A stretch of 64,000 bases of DNA from Tubulanus polymorphus (lineage: Eukaryota > Animalia > Nemertea): positions 9,264,850 through 9,328,849 of the forward strand of contig NC_134029.1 in the NCBI RefSeq assembly GCF_964204645.1, read 5' to 3'. Below, piece by piece: positions 1-25,503 of this stretch. Each line of letters begins with the position of its first letter. Within the stretch, counting starts at the first letter, position 1. Made by a program: the position numbers and the translations under genes. Under the pieces are notes generated by a model. That model had not been told where the DNA came from. It ran no database searches and saw only the letters and a list, made by a program, of their open reading frames with translations.

Positions 1-53
1 TATCTCGTCTCAAATAGTAATGCCTCAGTAATCATACATAGAAGTTAACACAC

Positions 54-12683
<12,630 letters not shown>

Positions 12684-14529
12684 GTCAATAGAAGAGCAAG
12701 CAGCAGCAGCAGCCACAAACAACTGATTTTCAAATTCAAGCGACCAATGGCTTAAACAACTTAAATCCTCGCCGCGTAAAACAAATACAGATTAGATCAT
12801 AAGAATTTCTCCTGTAATGGTCATTCGTAAGCCGGCACCGGTAATATGCTAGTTACACACAACAGTGAACATTTTACAGGATGTTTGTTGATCACAAGAT
12901 TTCAAACAACAGGCAAATTGAATGACGGCTGCAAAATTTTCATTCATTCTCAAACGTAATCCAGGAAGTGATTTGTTGCTCCATAATTATATACATTATG
13001 AGCTTTATGCGATAATACCATCGAATGAGCTATTTATACGATCGCAATATGCTGGCTAGCAGGATATAGCAATTTAATTTCAGCAATTTAATCATCATCG
13101 GCTTAACTTTTTTCGACTTGTATTCCTAGAAGTTGCCGGAATTAGACCGCAGTACTTTCACTAGTAGTCAAACCCAGTTCAGCGAATGGTCAAATCTATC
13201 TATTCGCATTAAGCTCACTGATTGTCACAGAATAATAGCTAGACATGACAGTAATGACAAGATGTTTGTAGAGTGCCAGTATGAAAGCTGTTACCACAGC
13301 CCCATACATATTTCCTTCAAATACTAAGTTCCGATCGATAGAGCTTTCAATATTCAGCTCCCTTTTTATAGCGCGTTTAAATGCATATAAGCCTTAGACA
13401 GTTACACAAATAAGTTGGGGAGCATATCGCTATGATGAATAATATGCAATGAATTAAACTATGCATTGTACTAGCCGATATACCATCAAATGCCTACTGA
13501 ATGATGAAAATGACAGTCCAGCAAAAATAGTAATCTACTGCTTACAACTTAACAGCTGCGTAAACCAATAATTGTATGGGCATTTCCCATCATTGTAATA
13601 TAATAGCACCTGCTAATTATTGTGGAACATTTAATTGTTTGATTGCAACCATCGCGAAAATAATTCACGGATGCCACCTTTTTGTAGATAAGCCTAGACG
13701 CTATAGGACATGACATGTCCGACATGTTCGGCCTGACGATGCCGAATCGACATCAAATATGTGGCCGCATGTGCAACAGGTGTCTGTAGCCTCAATATCG
13801 TCTCATGCAAAAAACATTAAAAAATCTTTTTCAAAGCTTATTCATCCCTTGTTTTTCTACATAGTATGGTTCAACCATTCAACCGCTTAATGCTGGTCTT
13901 CAATATCCATCCAATTGTTTATCGGAATTTGATAGGTGATAAATAATACACAACATTTACAAAACCAGGAGGTTTTTCAGTAAAGTGCTGCCACCTTTGT
14001 TGAGTGGGGCAAGTTTTGGCGGCAACAGTTTCAGTTTGAGTGAAATTGGTTACTTACATGTATATCGACTAATTGGTTTCTATAATTACCATAAGTATGT
14101 ATTAGACATCATATGTTAGGTAATTATACATAGAAACAAGACTATTTCCATTTATCATAGGAGATCCTAAAGGAATCTTAACGGGATGGAATGAAGAAGT
14201 TAAGAGGGCAAAACATAAATACAGTAGAAAACGAGGATCACTGATACCTCTGTCTGACAAAACTCATGTCAAGATTAATTCAACACAATTTCTAGCTGTA
14301 TCAATTAGTTTTCACCATTGATAACATAATGAAATTTTCTTTCATTTTTATTTTGGATGAATATGGGCGTGTTATTTGATTGTAGTGGTGTACCGAAAAA
14401 CACATTTTGCTTCTTGGGCATCTTCACTGATATTATAACACCTGTATCTATATGTATAAAATTATCAACCTATAAGAAATCAACAACTATTCCAAAACGG
14501 CTCATCCTTTATCCTTAATGTATTCAAAT

Positions 14530-14700
14530 AATTAGCTTGTAATTAAATACTTGGTTTGTAATTAGCTTAGAATTTAGCACTTGTAACTTTGTAACTTATG
14601 CTGTATATAAACCTGTAGTTTAATCATTTGATTCACTTGTATTTCACCTGATGAGGGGATATGATCTCGAAAACGTTCGTGTCAATAAACTGTCTTTACT
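14530..14700 (+). mobile_element. Penelope-like pLTR fragment
   Basis: TTAGC/TTGTAAC-rich tract, TATATAAA, then CTGATGAG...GAAAACGTT and AATAAA, the layout typical of Penelope-like element terminal repeats. Confidence 0.5.
14641..14690 (+). ncRNA. Minimal hammerhead ribozyme candidate
   Basis: CTGATGA core (14648-14654), stem II GGGAT-ATG-ATCTC, GAAA (14669-14672), palindromic AACGTT, then a downstream GTC triplet. Stems I and III are not fully verified. Confidence 0.45.
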
Positions 14701-15407
14701 CATTACACTGTAAAAAAACTCGTAATTTTGCGGAATATCTAAATTTGAATTATCCCAATTTTTTGGTAAATTTATGTCATAATTCCATATATTTCTTATT
14801 TAAAGATGATCACGTGTAAAAAAATGCACATTATTTGTTTTTTTTTACATATGTTTTGTAATATTACATTACCATCGATACAATTTTGCGGAATTCATTA
14901 GCACATCTATTTCATGTTTTCCATAGCCTTATAAGCATTGAAATATTATCAAACAATCTCGGCTACCCCTTACATGGATAAAAAATTGAAATTATTCGAA
15001 ACAGAAATCTTGGGATTCGAACGCATTAGCCCCACGAAGCAAGCCAGAAATGCTTGAGCTCCACGAATTAGCGAGAACTAGGCTACCGCGGATATTTTGC
15101 AACTTACTTCCAGGTTTTTCGAATTGGCGTGCGTGACTCGTACGGTGAAGACATTTTCTAGTGATTCTGTAGTTTGCTGCCGTGATTAATTTCATCAGGT
15201 GAGTGATATTTCATGAATTTATAAAATGCTTAATACAACAAAGCCTAATTTGTCAATTTTGTCGACAAATAGTAAATATTCGCATGATCATGGTCCGCAT
15301 AATCGATTTGACCAGTACACCAAAAACTTTTTTATAGGCTATTGTTACTCTATAGGCCTACATTTACAGGAACTAATTTTATTATGTCAATGGGTATATG
15401 TCAGGTC

Positions 15408-15595
15408 AGGTGGTACATAGGCCTACCTGATAAAAGTCTTATTAGGACCAGAAAGCACTGGCAGTGAGTCAATTTTCTGTTTTAACCCCTTTCAATGAAG
15501 ACTTTTTGGATATCCTTCAATAAAGTGAAGCCGGTCCACTGCCAGTACTTTCTGTTCCTAATAATTAAGGTTTTATCAGGTATGTACTACCAGAA
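15408..15595. mobile_element. Small palindromic MITE nested in the CACTA element
   Basis: TACCTGATAAAA...TTATTAGGACCAGAAAGCACTGGCAGTG versus CACTGCCAGTACTTTCTGTTCCTAATAA...TTTTATCAGGTA inverted arms. Confidence 0.65.
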
Positions 15596-16103
15596 CTGAC
15601 TGAGCTCGGCCACTCTGATATGCTCTCAAGTCAAGTCGAAATAGACATTAGTCAATTAAATCAAATTTACTCCAATTTACACCAAGCCTAAGGCTGCTCC
15701 ATACACAGCATAAGTTAAACTCCAGGTGAATGGGTTGCTCGCACAGTTGTTGCAATACTAAGCTCAGCAAAAGGAAAACAAGGTATCATTTGGAAAACAA
15801 GACATGGCGATTATGTTATAATCAATGGGATTTGAAGATGAGATTGTACACTTCTACTTTATCTGCAATACCTGAAGAGTTACCCCTTAAGTATGTACTA
15901 TCATTACTGTCTGTGATGATGACAAGATGTTGATCTCTTCACTTGGCCCTTAGATGACTCTCTATTACTTTCAAGTGCATATTACTCATGAAATATAACT
16001 AATTTTAGAATATGTCATGTAACTGGACATTATTAAAACATCCCTTTCATTTAGAATTTTGATAATTTTTCAGGTACTGTGATCTGTTGAAGTAGGCCTA
16101 ACT

Positions 16104-18762
16104 ATGTTTCAATGCGCCATATGTCAGATGGCTTGTGAAAAAATAGAAGTTTACATTCAACACCTTGGTCTTCATTCTTTTACCAACAATTTACAGTATC
16201 CATGTTGCGTACCCAATTGTGAACGTGTCTTCAAAAGCGTTTCAACACTTAGGAGTCACATATCCCGTGATCACTGTAGTTATCAGGAAAAAGCCAAAGG
16301 TGCCATGTTATGTGCTAATAGTGGAATAGATTTGCAGTGTTCATTACCATTTTGTGAGAAAAAAGGTTGTGAAAATATTGTTGAGCTTATTTCTCATTTG
16401 AAAAGTCACATTTCTGGTGATAGTTCGGAACGTTTTCTGGCTGTGGAGCAAAATATAGAAAGAAATCATCATTTTCATTACATATATCTCGTGTGCATCG
16501 AAATTGGAACATACATGCAGTAAATGATCTTGATCATAGTGTATATAGCAGTTCTCAAAATGATGAAAGTGATGGCCTTGACAGAGGTGGCCAGGAAACT
16601 TTTTTAGCACAGGACCTTCCCTCTGGAGATCATTGTTTCCCTGTACTAGATGAGAAGGTTTTCATTGAAGCGTATGCATTGTTCTACCTAAAGCCAAACA
16701 CTAAGCATCATGTGCCCAACTCAGTAATTCAAGTCATTGTTGACAGTCTCAGTAATCTTCACATTATTGGGCAAGATGAGTTGAAGGCAGTAATGTTGGA
16801 AAAACTTCATCATATAATTCCTGAACACCTTAAAAATGAAGTAGATGACATAATAATTTCAACCTGTGAAAGTGACCTATTTCATTTGGTACATTCTAAA
16901 CAGAATGGTGTATTGAATAGTATACATAAATGAAAAGAATTTTATGCAAAAACTTTTTACATGTAAAACCAGTATCATTGTATCTGGGGAAGAATGGGAA
17001 AAACATTGATTGTCATTGCCACTATGTACCTTTGAAGAAAACTATTGAAATCTTATATTCTGACCAAGCTGTAAGACAGCAGTATGAAATTCCTAGCACT
17101 CATGCGGAGGAGATTTTGACTGATTTCACTGATGGCTATATTTTTAGAACAAATTTGTGTTTTCAGAATAATAATGTTCCCATTATTCTATTTCAAGATG
17201 CATTTGAAATTGTCAATCCGTTGGGATCAGCAAAGTCTAAGCATAAATTGCTGGGGGTCTATATGACATTAAGTTCAATATTATCACAATTTCGGTCTAA
17301 GATAGACAATATTCAGCTAGTTATGCTTTGAAAAGAGGATGATGTGAAGTTCTTTTCTCAGGACATTGTTTTCAGACAGTTAGTAGATGATTTAAAGGAC
17401 CTTGAAATCCATGGCGTTGAACTTATTTTGAGCAGCCTGTAAAAATGTCTTTGTTTGCGGTCACAGGGGACAACCTTGGGAGCCATTCTTTAGAGGGCTT
17501 CGTTGAAAATTTTTCTTCAACTGCTCACTGGTGTTGGTTTTGTCTTATCACCAATGCTGAATTTCGCAATGATTCTTTAAAAGTTGGGGAATGGCGGTCA
17601 AAATGTAAATATGATTCAGCTTTGCAGTTTCTGAATGAACATTATGGGGTTAGAATTCACAAAGGTGTGAAGTCCAATTCTATCTTCAATGAGCTCAAGG
17701 ATTTCCATGTCACTTCAGGTTTGCCCCCATGTTTGGGCCATGATCTGTTTGAAGGAATAGTTCGAGTTGATCTCATTTTGTTTCTTAAATATTTCATTGA
17801 AGAAAGAAAATGGTTCAGTCTTAAGTATTTGAATACTAGAATTAGAATAATTTCTCTTTGTCCGCCTGATAGTAATCATAGACCCCCTGAAGTTAATCTG
17901 AAATCAGTTAAAGTTGCTGGTCATGCAGTACAAAATTGGTGCTTTTTGCGTATATTACCTCGTTCATTCAAAAATCACTGATGTAACAGATGACGTTTGG
18001 AGGTTGGTCGTTATTTTACGTGAAATTGTCAGTATTGTTTGTGCACCTAGAATTGTTCTTGGTTAGACATCTCTGTTACAGGTATTGGTGGAATATGTTA
18101 GCCTTCGCTCCAAAAAATTCCCGTTAGAGCCACTTAAGCCGAAACACCACTACCTACTGCATTATCCTGAGCTTATCAGAGGTTTTGGACCACTTATACG
18201 CCTCTGGACAATGCGTTATGAGGCTAAACACAAATTTTTTAAGTGTGCCATACGTCATTCCCCAAATTTTAAGAATGTGACCAAAAGCCTATCTGAAAAA
18301 CATCAGAACTTGCAGGCATATCTTCTGGCCGGGAAGTTGTTTGACTCAATGTTGAGCATTGATAAGTTTATAGTGTATAACAGAGTCTTGTATTCTAAGG
18401 AAGTGGTATCTGCTGTGGAAATTTGTGAAATTCACAGTGGTTTTTGCACTGAGGTTGAATTCAAAAACATTATGTACAAGACTTCCCAATTTATTCATCT
18501 TCATAATGATATTGATGACGGAAGGATTATGGGCTGCATAATGTTTATTTTCTCAGATGGTAAAAATATACACTTTTTGGTGGAAAAGCATGATGGTTAC
18601 TACAATCCTGACCTCGGTGTTTTGCAATTAGGTGATGCATCTGGAAAAAGATATTCGTGTAATGATTTTGATGATGGAATTTTAGACGAATTTCCAATAG
18701 GCGTGTATTGTCATATTAATAGAATGTTGGTTGATAAGCATGCAGTTGTGCAAAGGCATTGA
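16104..18762 (+). pseudogene. CACTA/EnSpm transposase with N-terminal C2H2 zinc fingers, frameshifted
   Basis: Consecutive ORFs 16104-16523, 16493-16933, 16930-17331, 17445-17981 and 18085-18762. Motifs: CAIC..HLGLH, CCVPNC..HISRDH, LFQDAFEIVNPLGSAKSKHKL, GDNLGSHSLEGFVENFS..CWFC, PPCLGHDLFEG, KPKHHYLLHYP, GPLIRLWTMRYEAKH. Several frameshifts and in-frame stops. Confidence 0.88.
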
Positions 18763-18981
18763 TAATTTTCATTAAGCTCCATACATCGTAACATCGTAAC
18801 GTAGTTTTTTTGTAAATTAGAAATAACAGTTTGTGTATTGATGTTAGACTACAAATTTGTATGAATTTGATTGTTTCCCCAGATTCCCTGAACCGATCTA
18901 TGTTTTCATTTGTGTTGCGTTAATTCATCTGCTACAGACATTGCGAATAATGTATGAGTACCCATATCCTTTTGCAGTGAA

Positions 18982-21900
18982 ATGGGTTTTAGAGTGTGGG
19001 ATGTGGAAAGGAAACTAAAAAGTTTATAAGTAGTGTTGAATCACTCGACCAACTGAAAAACCAAGGTATTGTGACATTGTTTTGGTTGATTTTCATTGTA
19101 TCATGACCTTAACCCATCAATTAAAAGCTTTGAGTGTCTCTCTTTTTGAAATGCATTGTATCTTCTACATTATAGTGCAGCTCAAGTTTAAGTTACCACC
19201 TTATACCGGTAATATCCGAATCGTACTTGAAACTGATGGTACTGAAATAGAGGATGATGAAAGTCTAATGGAGTCGACTCTGATGTTTTTGTGTCAACAA
19301 GAAGAATGGAATCGAGAATTTTGCCCTTCTACATCAGGTAGATATCCTAAAAAGGCACCCTTTTGAGGCATCCTATTAAGCATGAACTATTTTTAGCTGA
19401 TTTGGCGGGCTATTGCAATCTGAGGATGCTATGTATTTTTCTCCCACTGAGGCTTAAATATTGTGGTATTATAGAAGCAATTATGAAATTGAAATCCATA
19501 TAGGCTATATTTTGCAACCACAATCTATCGTAAAGTTGTTACCCATGACTGACATTTTCTATCATTGTGGTGATTTTCAAGGACATAGTTGAAATCGTCA
19601 GATTGATAAGCACTGCAATACCACTTTGCAAGTGCACATGGCTTCCCTAGACCCAGTTATATGTATAATGATCAGATGTTCAATTCATTTTTAAATAAGG
19701 CAGTCCCTGAGACTGTTTGGACCAGCAGGCCTACTTCTTACCAGCCGATTCGATGGGCAAAGGCCTACCGAATAAATTTAGATAGACTAAGTACACCTCT
19801 AAGAAAAGCGCTTGATAATCATACTAGACCGGATCCAGCACACCGCCGTGAATTAGTTCGGGTAATTTCGGACGACATTCTAACCATGCTGGTTGGTGCT
19901 CCGTCCAGAGAACTCATTCGAACCGTTTCTTTGAACGTCGTTGACCAGTTTCCTGACTCATTACAGGACAAAGATATTGCGGGACACATTGTCGCGACGG
20001 GGTATTATAGTCTAGACCAGAAAGAAACTTTCCATGATGGGTTTCTGTGTAATTGTTTCTGTTTCATTCACCGAACTCGCTGTCAAAAAGGCGATTCTCG
20101 ATATAAATAGTAATGGGTTTTCCCCGCGGGATACACGCTTTGGGAAAGGCACCTGAATCGATGCTACGAGTTCGAATCCCAATATTTAGACGTAATTTAT
20201 TATTCTTTGAAATAAATTCTTAGAATTTCTATTTATGATAGGATGTGCAGGTTTTGATTTGGTAATGATGTTAATAAAAGTTAACCTCTTAAGGTATTGT
20301 TTTCTATCTATTATTTGTGACGGATTAGTTTCGATGCTCCTCACAACCCGCCCCACCACGTGTCACTTATTCACGGACACGCGGATTGTATCATTTGTAA
20401 TAGGCCTACCACATGAAAGAGTCCATGGCCTACCGTAGAATAGTAGGGCCTACCGATCACACTATGTGCGATGAAAGTAGTGTTTGAATAAAACAAATTT
20501 TTAATGAAATAAACATAATTTATCATAATTAATCAATAGATCAGGTGCCGCCTAAATAATTGTTTGTTTCGTGAAATTTGTACAAAACTTTGCGACTTCG
20601 TCATGTCTTGTGACCCTGATAATACTAGAAGAATCATCGGTAAGCTTATAAAACGGCAAGGTCAACGTAGTAACAACAACTTCGGGGATTGAAAAAAAAA
20701 CTCGAAAGAATTATTTCTTATACTGATAAGTTATACTGATGGGGAGTAGCGACCGTCATTGGCACCGGTTATTTATCCATTCACTATCAAATGTGACGAG
20801 CCCAATAAATGATTGCGCATAGATTCGGCCTCTCAGCATTTAGCACAGCAGTTCCAAGAAGTGTTAAGACCGATCAGCGCGCGCGCTATCTAAAACCGGT
20901 GCTAGTACGATCAATATCTACAGGTATATACGTGTTCAGTATTACACAGCGAGTACCAGTATGTTGATCGAGCGTCGTCGTAGCAACGCGCTATACAGCG
21001 GCTTGAACTAGCGAGTAACGTTAATTATCTTTTAACCAAATTAGAGCACTTATAACCATCGGAATCAAATATAAACCAAGCTGCACCGACTACATCAAGT
21101 AGAGAATACCTGTGTGAAATTACAGAATTGTCGGTCCACACAAACAGCTTAAATCGTGTCATAAAGAAACATCCACAGACGGACAGACAGACAGACAGAC
21201 ATGACGACGATGCCATAGATGGGTTCGTCTGACGACGAAACCCATCAAAAATCAGGTCGAGAATCGCGTAAATAATGAATTCCGAAAGCGTCGTTCGTCC
21301 ATCTTTCCCAACAACAAAAGACAATCGACTGATGAATCTGATAAAGATAATCAGAAGAAAAGACTGAAAGATAGCTATGGCTGTGTCAATTGGAACCCTG
21401 CCCTTCCTGATATCTCCAGGGAGGAAGTTGTTGATTGGTTAAAAGATGAATATCGGAAAAGTAGTCCAGATATGTCATCCGTTCGGCCAAAAATGGATTT
21501 AATATATCCATTCATATGCTCAGATATCAACTCGGGAATGAATACGTTAACTCTAGTCGATGAATATCCCTTCTTGCAAAATGGTTTAATTCTGTTAAAT
21601 CATTTTGAAAAGTTAACGGGTATTTCATTGATTTGTCTCGATGAAGGATTACGTGGCCAGAATAAGGGCCATAGAATATATCAATATATGGTTTCTTGTA
21701 AAAGTGATTGTACTAAAACTGTTTTAAAAGATATCGATTTAGCATGCAAGAAGGATAATTCTATGGATCCACAAGTGGCTGGAACATTTCTTCTTCTGCT
21801 TGCATATTTCAAGGAACCTGAAGACTGTTTCGTCAGATTCTATGGGGTAAGAAGTCATCATTATTCATTTTTGGCTGTAACTAATTTTCTCCATTAGAAG

Positions 21901-23335
21901 GCCAGAAAATAACATTTTTATTCAGTAACACATATTTCTACTTTGATAGATCGAAGGAAGTGCATCCGATATTGCAAAGTATGATGAGAAACCTGAAACC
22001 CCATTTATAGCTGTTTTTGGTAAGTTTTCCTTTATAGGCCTACTATAGAGTATGCATTATAATATTACCAGGTTTTTGAAAAATCGATTTACACTTATCT
22101 ACCGGTGAAGTTACCTATTATTTTATCTGCGTGTAGTGATTTACGATTAACATTTCTTAACCCTGTAGGTTACATATGATCCACCTATGCTTCACTGAAT
22201 TTGGGGGTCCATTTGACACATATTAGTATCTCTAATATCCTGCTAATAATGCTGATTCATATGAGAACCTGTAGTTCTTCTAATCTTGCTAATCACAGAT
22301 GGCAGCACCTTCAAAGTACATAGTCTAATGAAATTTAACTCGAAATTCCATAATCAGTCTGCTTTCTCTCAAATTCCCTCCTAATTCTTAGTTACTATTA
22401 TTACATACCGCTGATGCATCAATCATCAAAGTAGTTCTGCAGAGTCTGAGCTCAAACGTTTCAATGTAATTGTTTTGGGCATTCCTATGTGATGTAAGGT
22501 TTCCATTTTTATTTTAACAACACTTGAACTGGTACTGTTATGTATGGGGCTAAAGCTATTTTGTTGGGTTTATTAATAGGCATTAATACGCGTAGATAGA
22601 GTGTAAAATTCATATAACAGAGTGTTTTACTTGTATTATAATTTCATTACACCCAGTAATATTTTTCAGGTGACTCAATTTTTGACGCTGAGTCTTATGT
22701 GATATGTCTCGATGGGAGAGCCTTCTGCAATGTGAATACTTTCAGTGGAGCTGTAGGCATTTTGTTTTCTGTTTTTTATGTTTTTAACATAGCATATCCA
22801 GAAAAGTTACCAGCTACCATGGAATTTATTCAGCGGTGAGTAAAAATGTTAATATAATCCTGAAGGGGCGACATTCTATTTTACACAGCACGTGCTTTTC
22901 TCCTCAGTGAGAGTTATGTAAAATTTGTCTAAAACTTGATTGGTGAAATGGAATAGATCCACTGATTAGACATATATTGTCGAGTTTCTCGGCGTGCAAT
23001 TTTCTCGAAACTTGGAAATTTGTAATGGGCTACGACCATGGATAACAGTAATTGAAAATAAAATTACTCGCTCATTCAAAATAACCACCATCACTGTTAA
23101 CAAACCTGGGTGGCATAACTAGTGTTCCATTTTCTAGTTATTTGCAACACTTCCAGCTCCCCTGAGACTTAACATTTTGTAACTACAATATATTTCAATT
23201 TATTGCAGGATACTGGTTGGAATCAACCCACAGAAGGGGTACTAGAGTAGGGGAAAGAAAGCCAAAAATATTAATCCGAGGGTTTTGACCCTACAGAAAC
23301 TTCTTCAAGATTTTGAATTAGACTGGGTCTGTTAG
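18982..23335 (+). pseudogene. CACTA accessory (ORF2, SAMD3-like C-terminus) spliced gene with N-terminal CIDE-N-like domain
   Basis: Exons: 18982-19065 (MGFRVWDVERKLK/KFISSVESLDQLKNQ, 1-nt frameshift); 19176-19337 (VQLKFKL...IRIVLETDGTEIEDDESLMESTLMFLCQQEEW); about 19700-20014 joined to 21247-21846 (RRELVRVI..FPDSLQD..GYYSLKNQVENRVNN..DSYGCVNWNP); 21950-22019; 22670-22835 (FSVFYVFNIAYPEKLPATMEFIQR); 23209-23335 (ILVGINPQKG*..INPRVLTL). The junction between 19337 and 19700 is not phase-resolved. Confidence 0.75.
20015..21246 (-). mobile_element. Helentron-associated non-autonomous element (HINE / DINE-1-like) inserted in CACTA ORF2
   Basis: Sub-terminal inverted repeat GATGGGTTTC (20036) / GAAACCCATC (21237), terminal hairpin GATGGGTTCGTC-TGAC-GACGAAACCCATC, (GACA)n microsatellite at 21176-21200 and a short GAAAG-AAA-CTTTC hairpin. 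Inserted next to an A-run (TT on the minus strand) with no target duplication; removing it restores the reading frame. Confidence 0.8.
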
Positions 23336-23611
23336 GTCATAATTTAGAATTTCTCATGATACAAAAGGACATTCTGACCAATGAAGGGCTGCAGTTATCA
23401 ACATTTGTTCTCCCCATAAAAACACAGTGTGTTTATAAGTAATAGATATTAAAAAATTCAACTTCTATTACTTTTTTATTGTTTTATTTTTTTCAGTTTT
23501 GAGTGTGTTGGTTTAGTTCTACACATGTATTAAGTTTTAAAGATTTTGTTGATGTTATAATGGCTTAAAGAGGATTTAAGTGATTTAGTAAAAGCCAGTG
23601 GTTTTCACTTT

Positions 23612-23780
23612 GGGGTCATTCATTCATTACGTACGCATTAGGGGAGGGGGAGGGGTCAGTGCAATTGCGTACTGTAATGCTTAATGTATATGAAAAAATT
23701 GCCGATTTTGCGTTCAGAGGGGTAGGGGGGGGGGGGGGTTGAAAAATTTTATGCGTATGTTATAAATGAATGATTCCTTA
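23612..23780. mobile_element. Small MITE with poly-G tracts nested in the CACTA 3' region
   Basis: GGGGTCATTCATTCATTACGTACGCA ... TGCGTATGTTATAAATGAATGATTCC imperfect TIRs. Confidence 0.6.
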
Positions 23781-24319
23781 GTTTATGGTGTTAAGGCTGT
23801 GTTCCATACTTAATATGATTTCTTAAAACATAGAGTGAAATCTTTTTAAAGAAATGATTTACTGTGTACAAAATTAGAAGGGCTCAAATTTTGTTTCATG
23901 TGACAAGTCAGTTGTATATTTTGGCAATATCCACTCGACTATCTGCTAAGCATATATCATGCGGAAATAGTATTAAGAATTCATTTTTGTGCTCTTGTTA
24001 CTGTAAGTTTCATGCTATGAACATTTGAAGTGATATACTTGTATCAATAGAAACAAATAAACGTTTTTATACTGTAAATCTAAATCAAAGTTACTGTTAT
24101 TTTATGGAGGAATCTACTGGCAGCTCATTTGACCAAGCATTTTACTGTCATTTTACCCAACTTTAGTAAAATAACATTTATTCTGTAATATCTCCCAAGT
24201 TCCCGTATTTTTACACCGTGAATGTTATCTTACATAGATAATTATGGTCAAATGTACTGCCAGTAACTTTTTAGGTAAATCAACAAACTTTTTTTTACAG
24301 TGTAGAAAATGAGGTTTTT

Positions 24320-24900
24320 AGTAATATACTCAACTGCATCCAATGTCTGGTACTTATGGTTTCGTCTGCATTTATACACCATTCAGAAGAATGCCTATGT
24401 AATTTCAGATACTTGTATAGATTTTTGCTCTAATTTTAATTCTATTTTAGCCATATTATACTATCTTTTTTTATCATATTAAAGGCGGCTAGTCATTTTG
24501 TTAGCATGGATAAGAAAGTCATGGCATATTTAAAAGACCTGGTAGCAGAAGTGAATTCTGTGCTGGATATACGAAGGCAGCTGCGTTTGTTCATTTTGAA
24601 CATCATAATATCATATAATTGCAGGTCGACAGCCATTGCTTTAGTGATCGTCGGTATTTTCCTGTAAAAGGGCTTTTACAAAGTTTATTTCATTACATTC
24701 TATTACCAATATTTTGAGGGTTTTACTAATGTATAATGATATTCAGATAATGCGTTGCAAAAAAAATTAAATTTTGCATGTTATTCAATGTTTTTGTCAG
24801 CAACCGCCGAAATATTCGTTGAACCTATAGCTGTCAAGATGATGGATCTGTGTAATTACCATGTTTTGAAAGGGCACCTTTTAGAGTGTAGTTCATAAGA
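24320..24900 (+). pseudogene. Degenerate spliced transposase-derived fragment (possibly CaRF/MULE-like)
   Basis: Short peptides MDKKVMAYLKDLVAEVNSVLDIRRQLRLF and SDRRYFP between splice-like sites; weak similarity by eye only. Confidence 0.25.
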
Positions 24901-25503
24901 AAATTAAGTATCCTATAATGCTGAAATGGTAAAGACATGTTCTCTGTTTTCTCTATATTCTTTTGCCTATGGATCTAGTTTCATAAATGGCGACGCAGCC
25001 CACAGTTTTATTAGCTTTGATATGTACCATGACTTGAACGAACACCATGGCGGTACCTAGGTGATGACGTCACAGAGGGAAATCAGAATCACTTCCAGAT
25101 TTATCTGCTCTGCGAAACGTGTATTTTACGCATGCCTCGTCATTGTGTTGCTATCAACTGTGATCAAGAAAATGATCGATCATACAAATGGCCGAAAAAG
25201 GGCTTTGCATAGGCACGGGGCATAATAATATTTATGCCGAGACAACTGGGCCGTCAGCAAGCGTCCTCATTGCCAGCTGGTGCTGCTGCCTGTAAACGTG
25301 TCTCCGATGGGCTACGCTGCTCTGCCAATTACAGATAACTTCCATGTTATTTTTTCTGTTACAGATTCCACAACAATAGGCCTGCTTTGAGAATCTATCT
25401 TCTATTATCCGTCGTAATCCGACCGTAACTTATAAAACACGCATTCCGAATTCATATGTATATCTATATACCTGTACGTATTTCTATATAGGCCTATTTG
25501 ACA

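Larger units (their letters stand above)
14706..24302 (+). mobile_element. CACTA/EnSpm-superfamily DNA transposon (animal type), full-length but decayed
   Basis: TIRs CACTGTAAAAAAA (14706) and TTTTTTTTACAGTG (ends 24302), each flanked by TA (2-bp target duplication). Subterminal inverted motif TACTGGCAG..CATTTGACCA / TGGTCAAATG..CTGCCAGTA. Contains a transposase and a spliced second gene. Confidence 0.9.
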
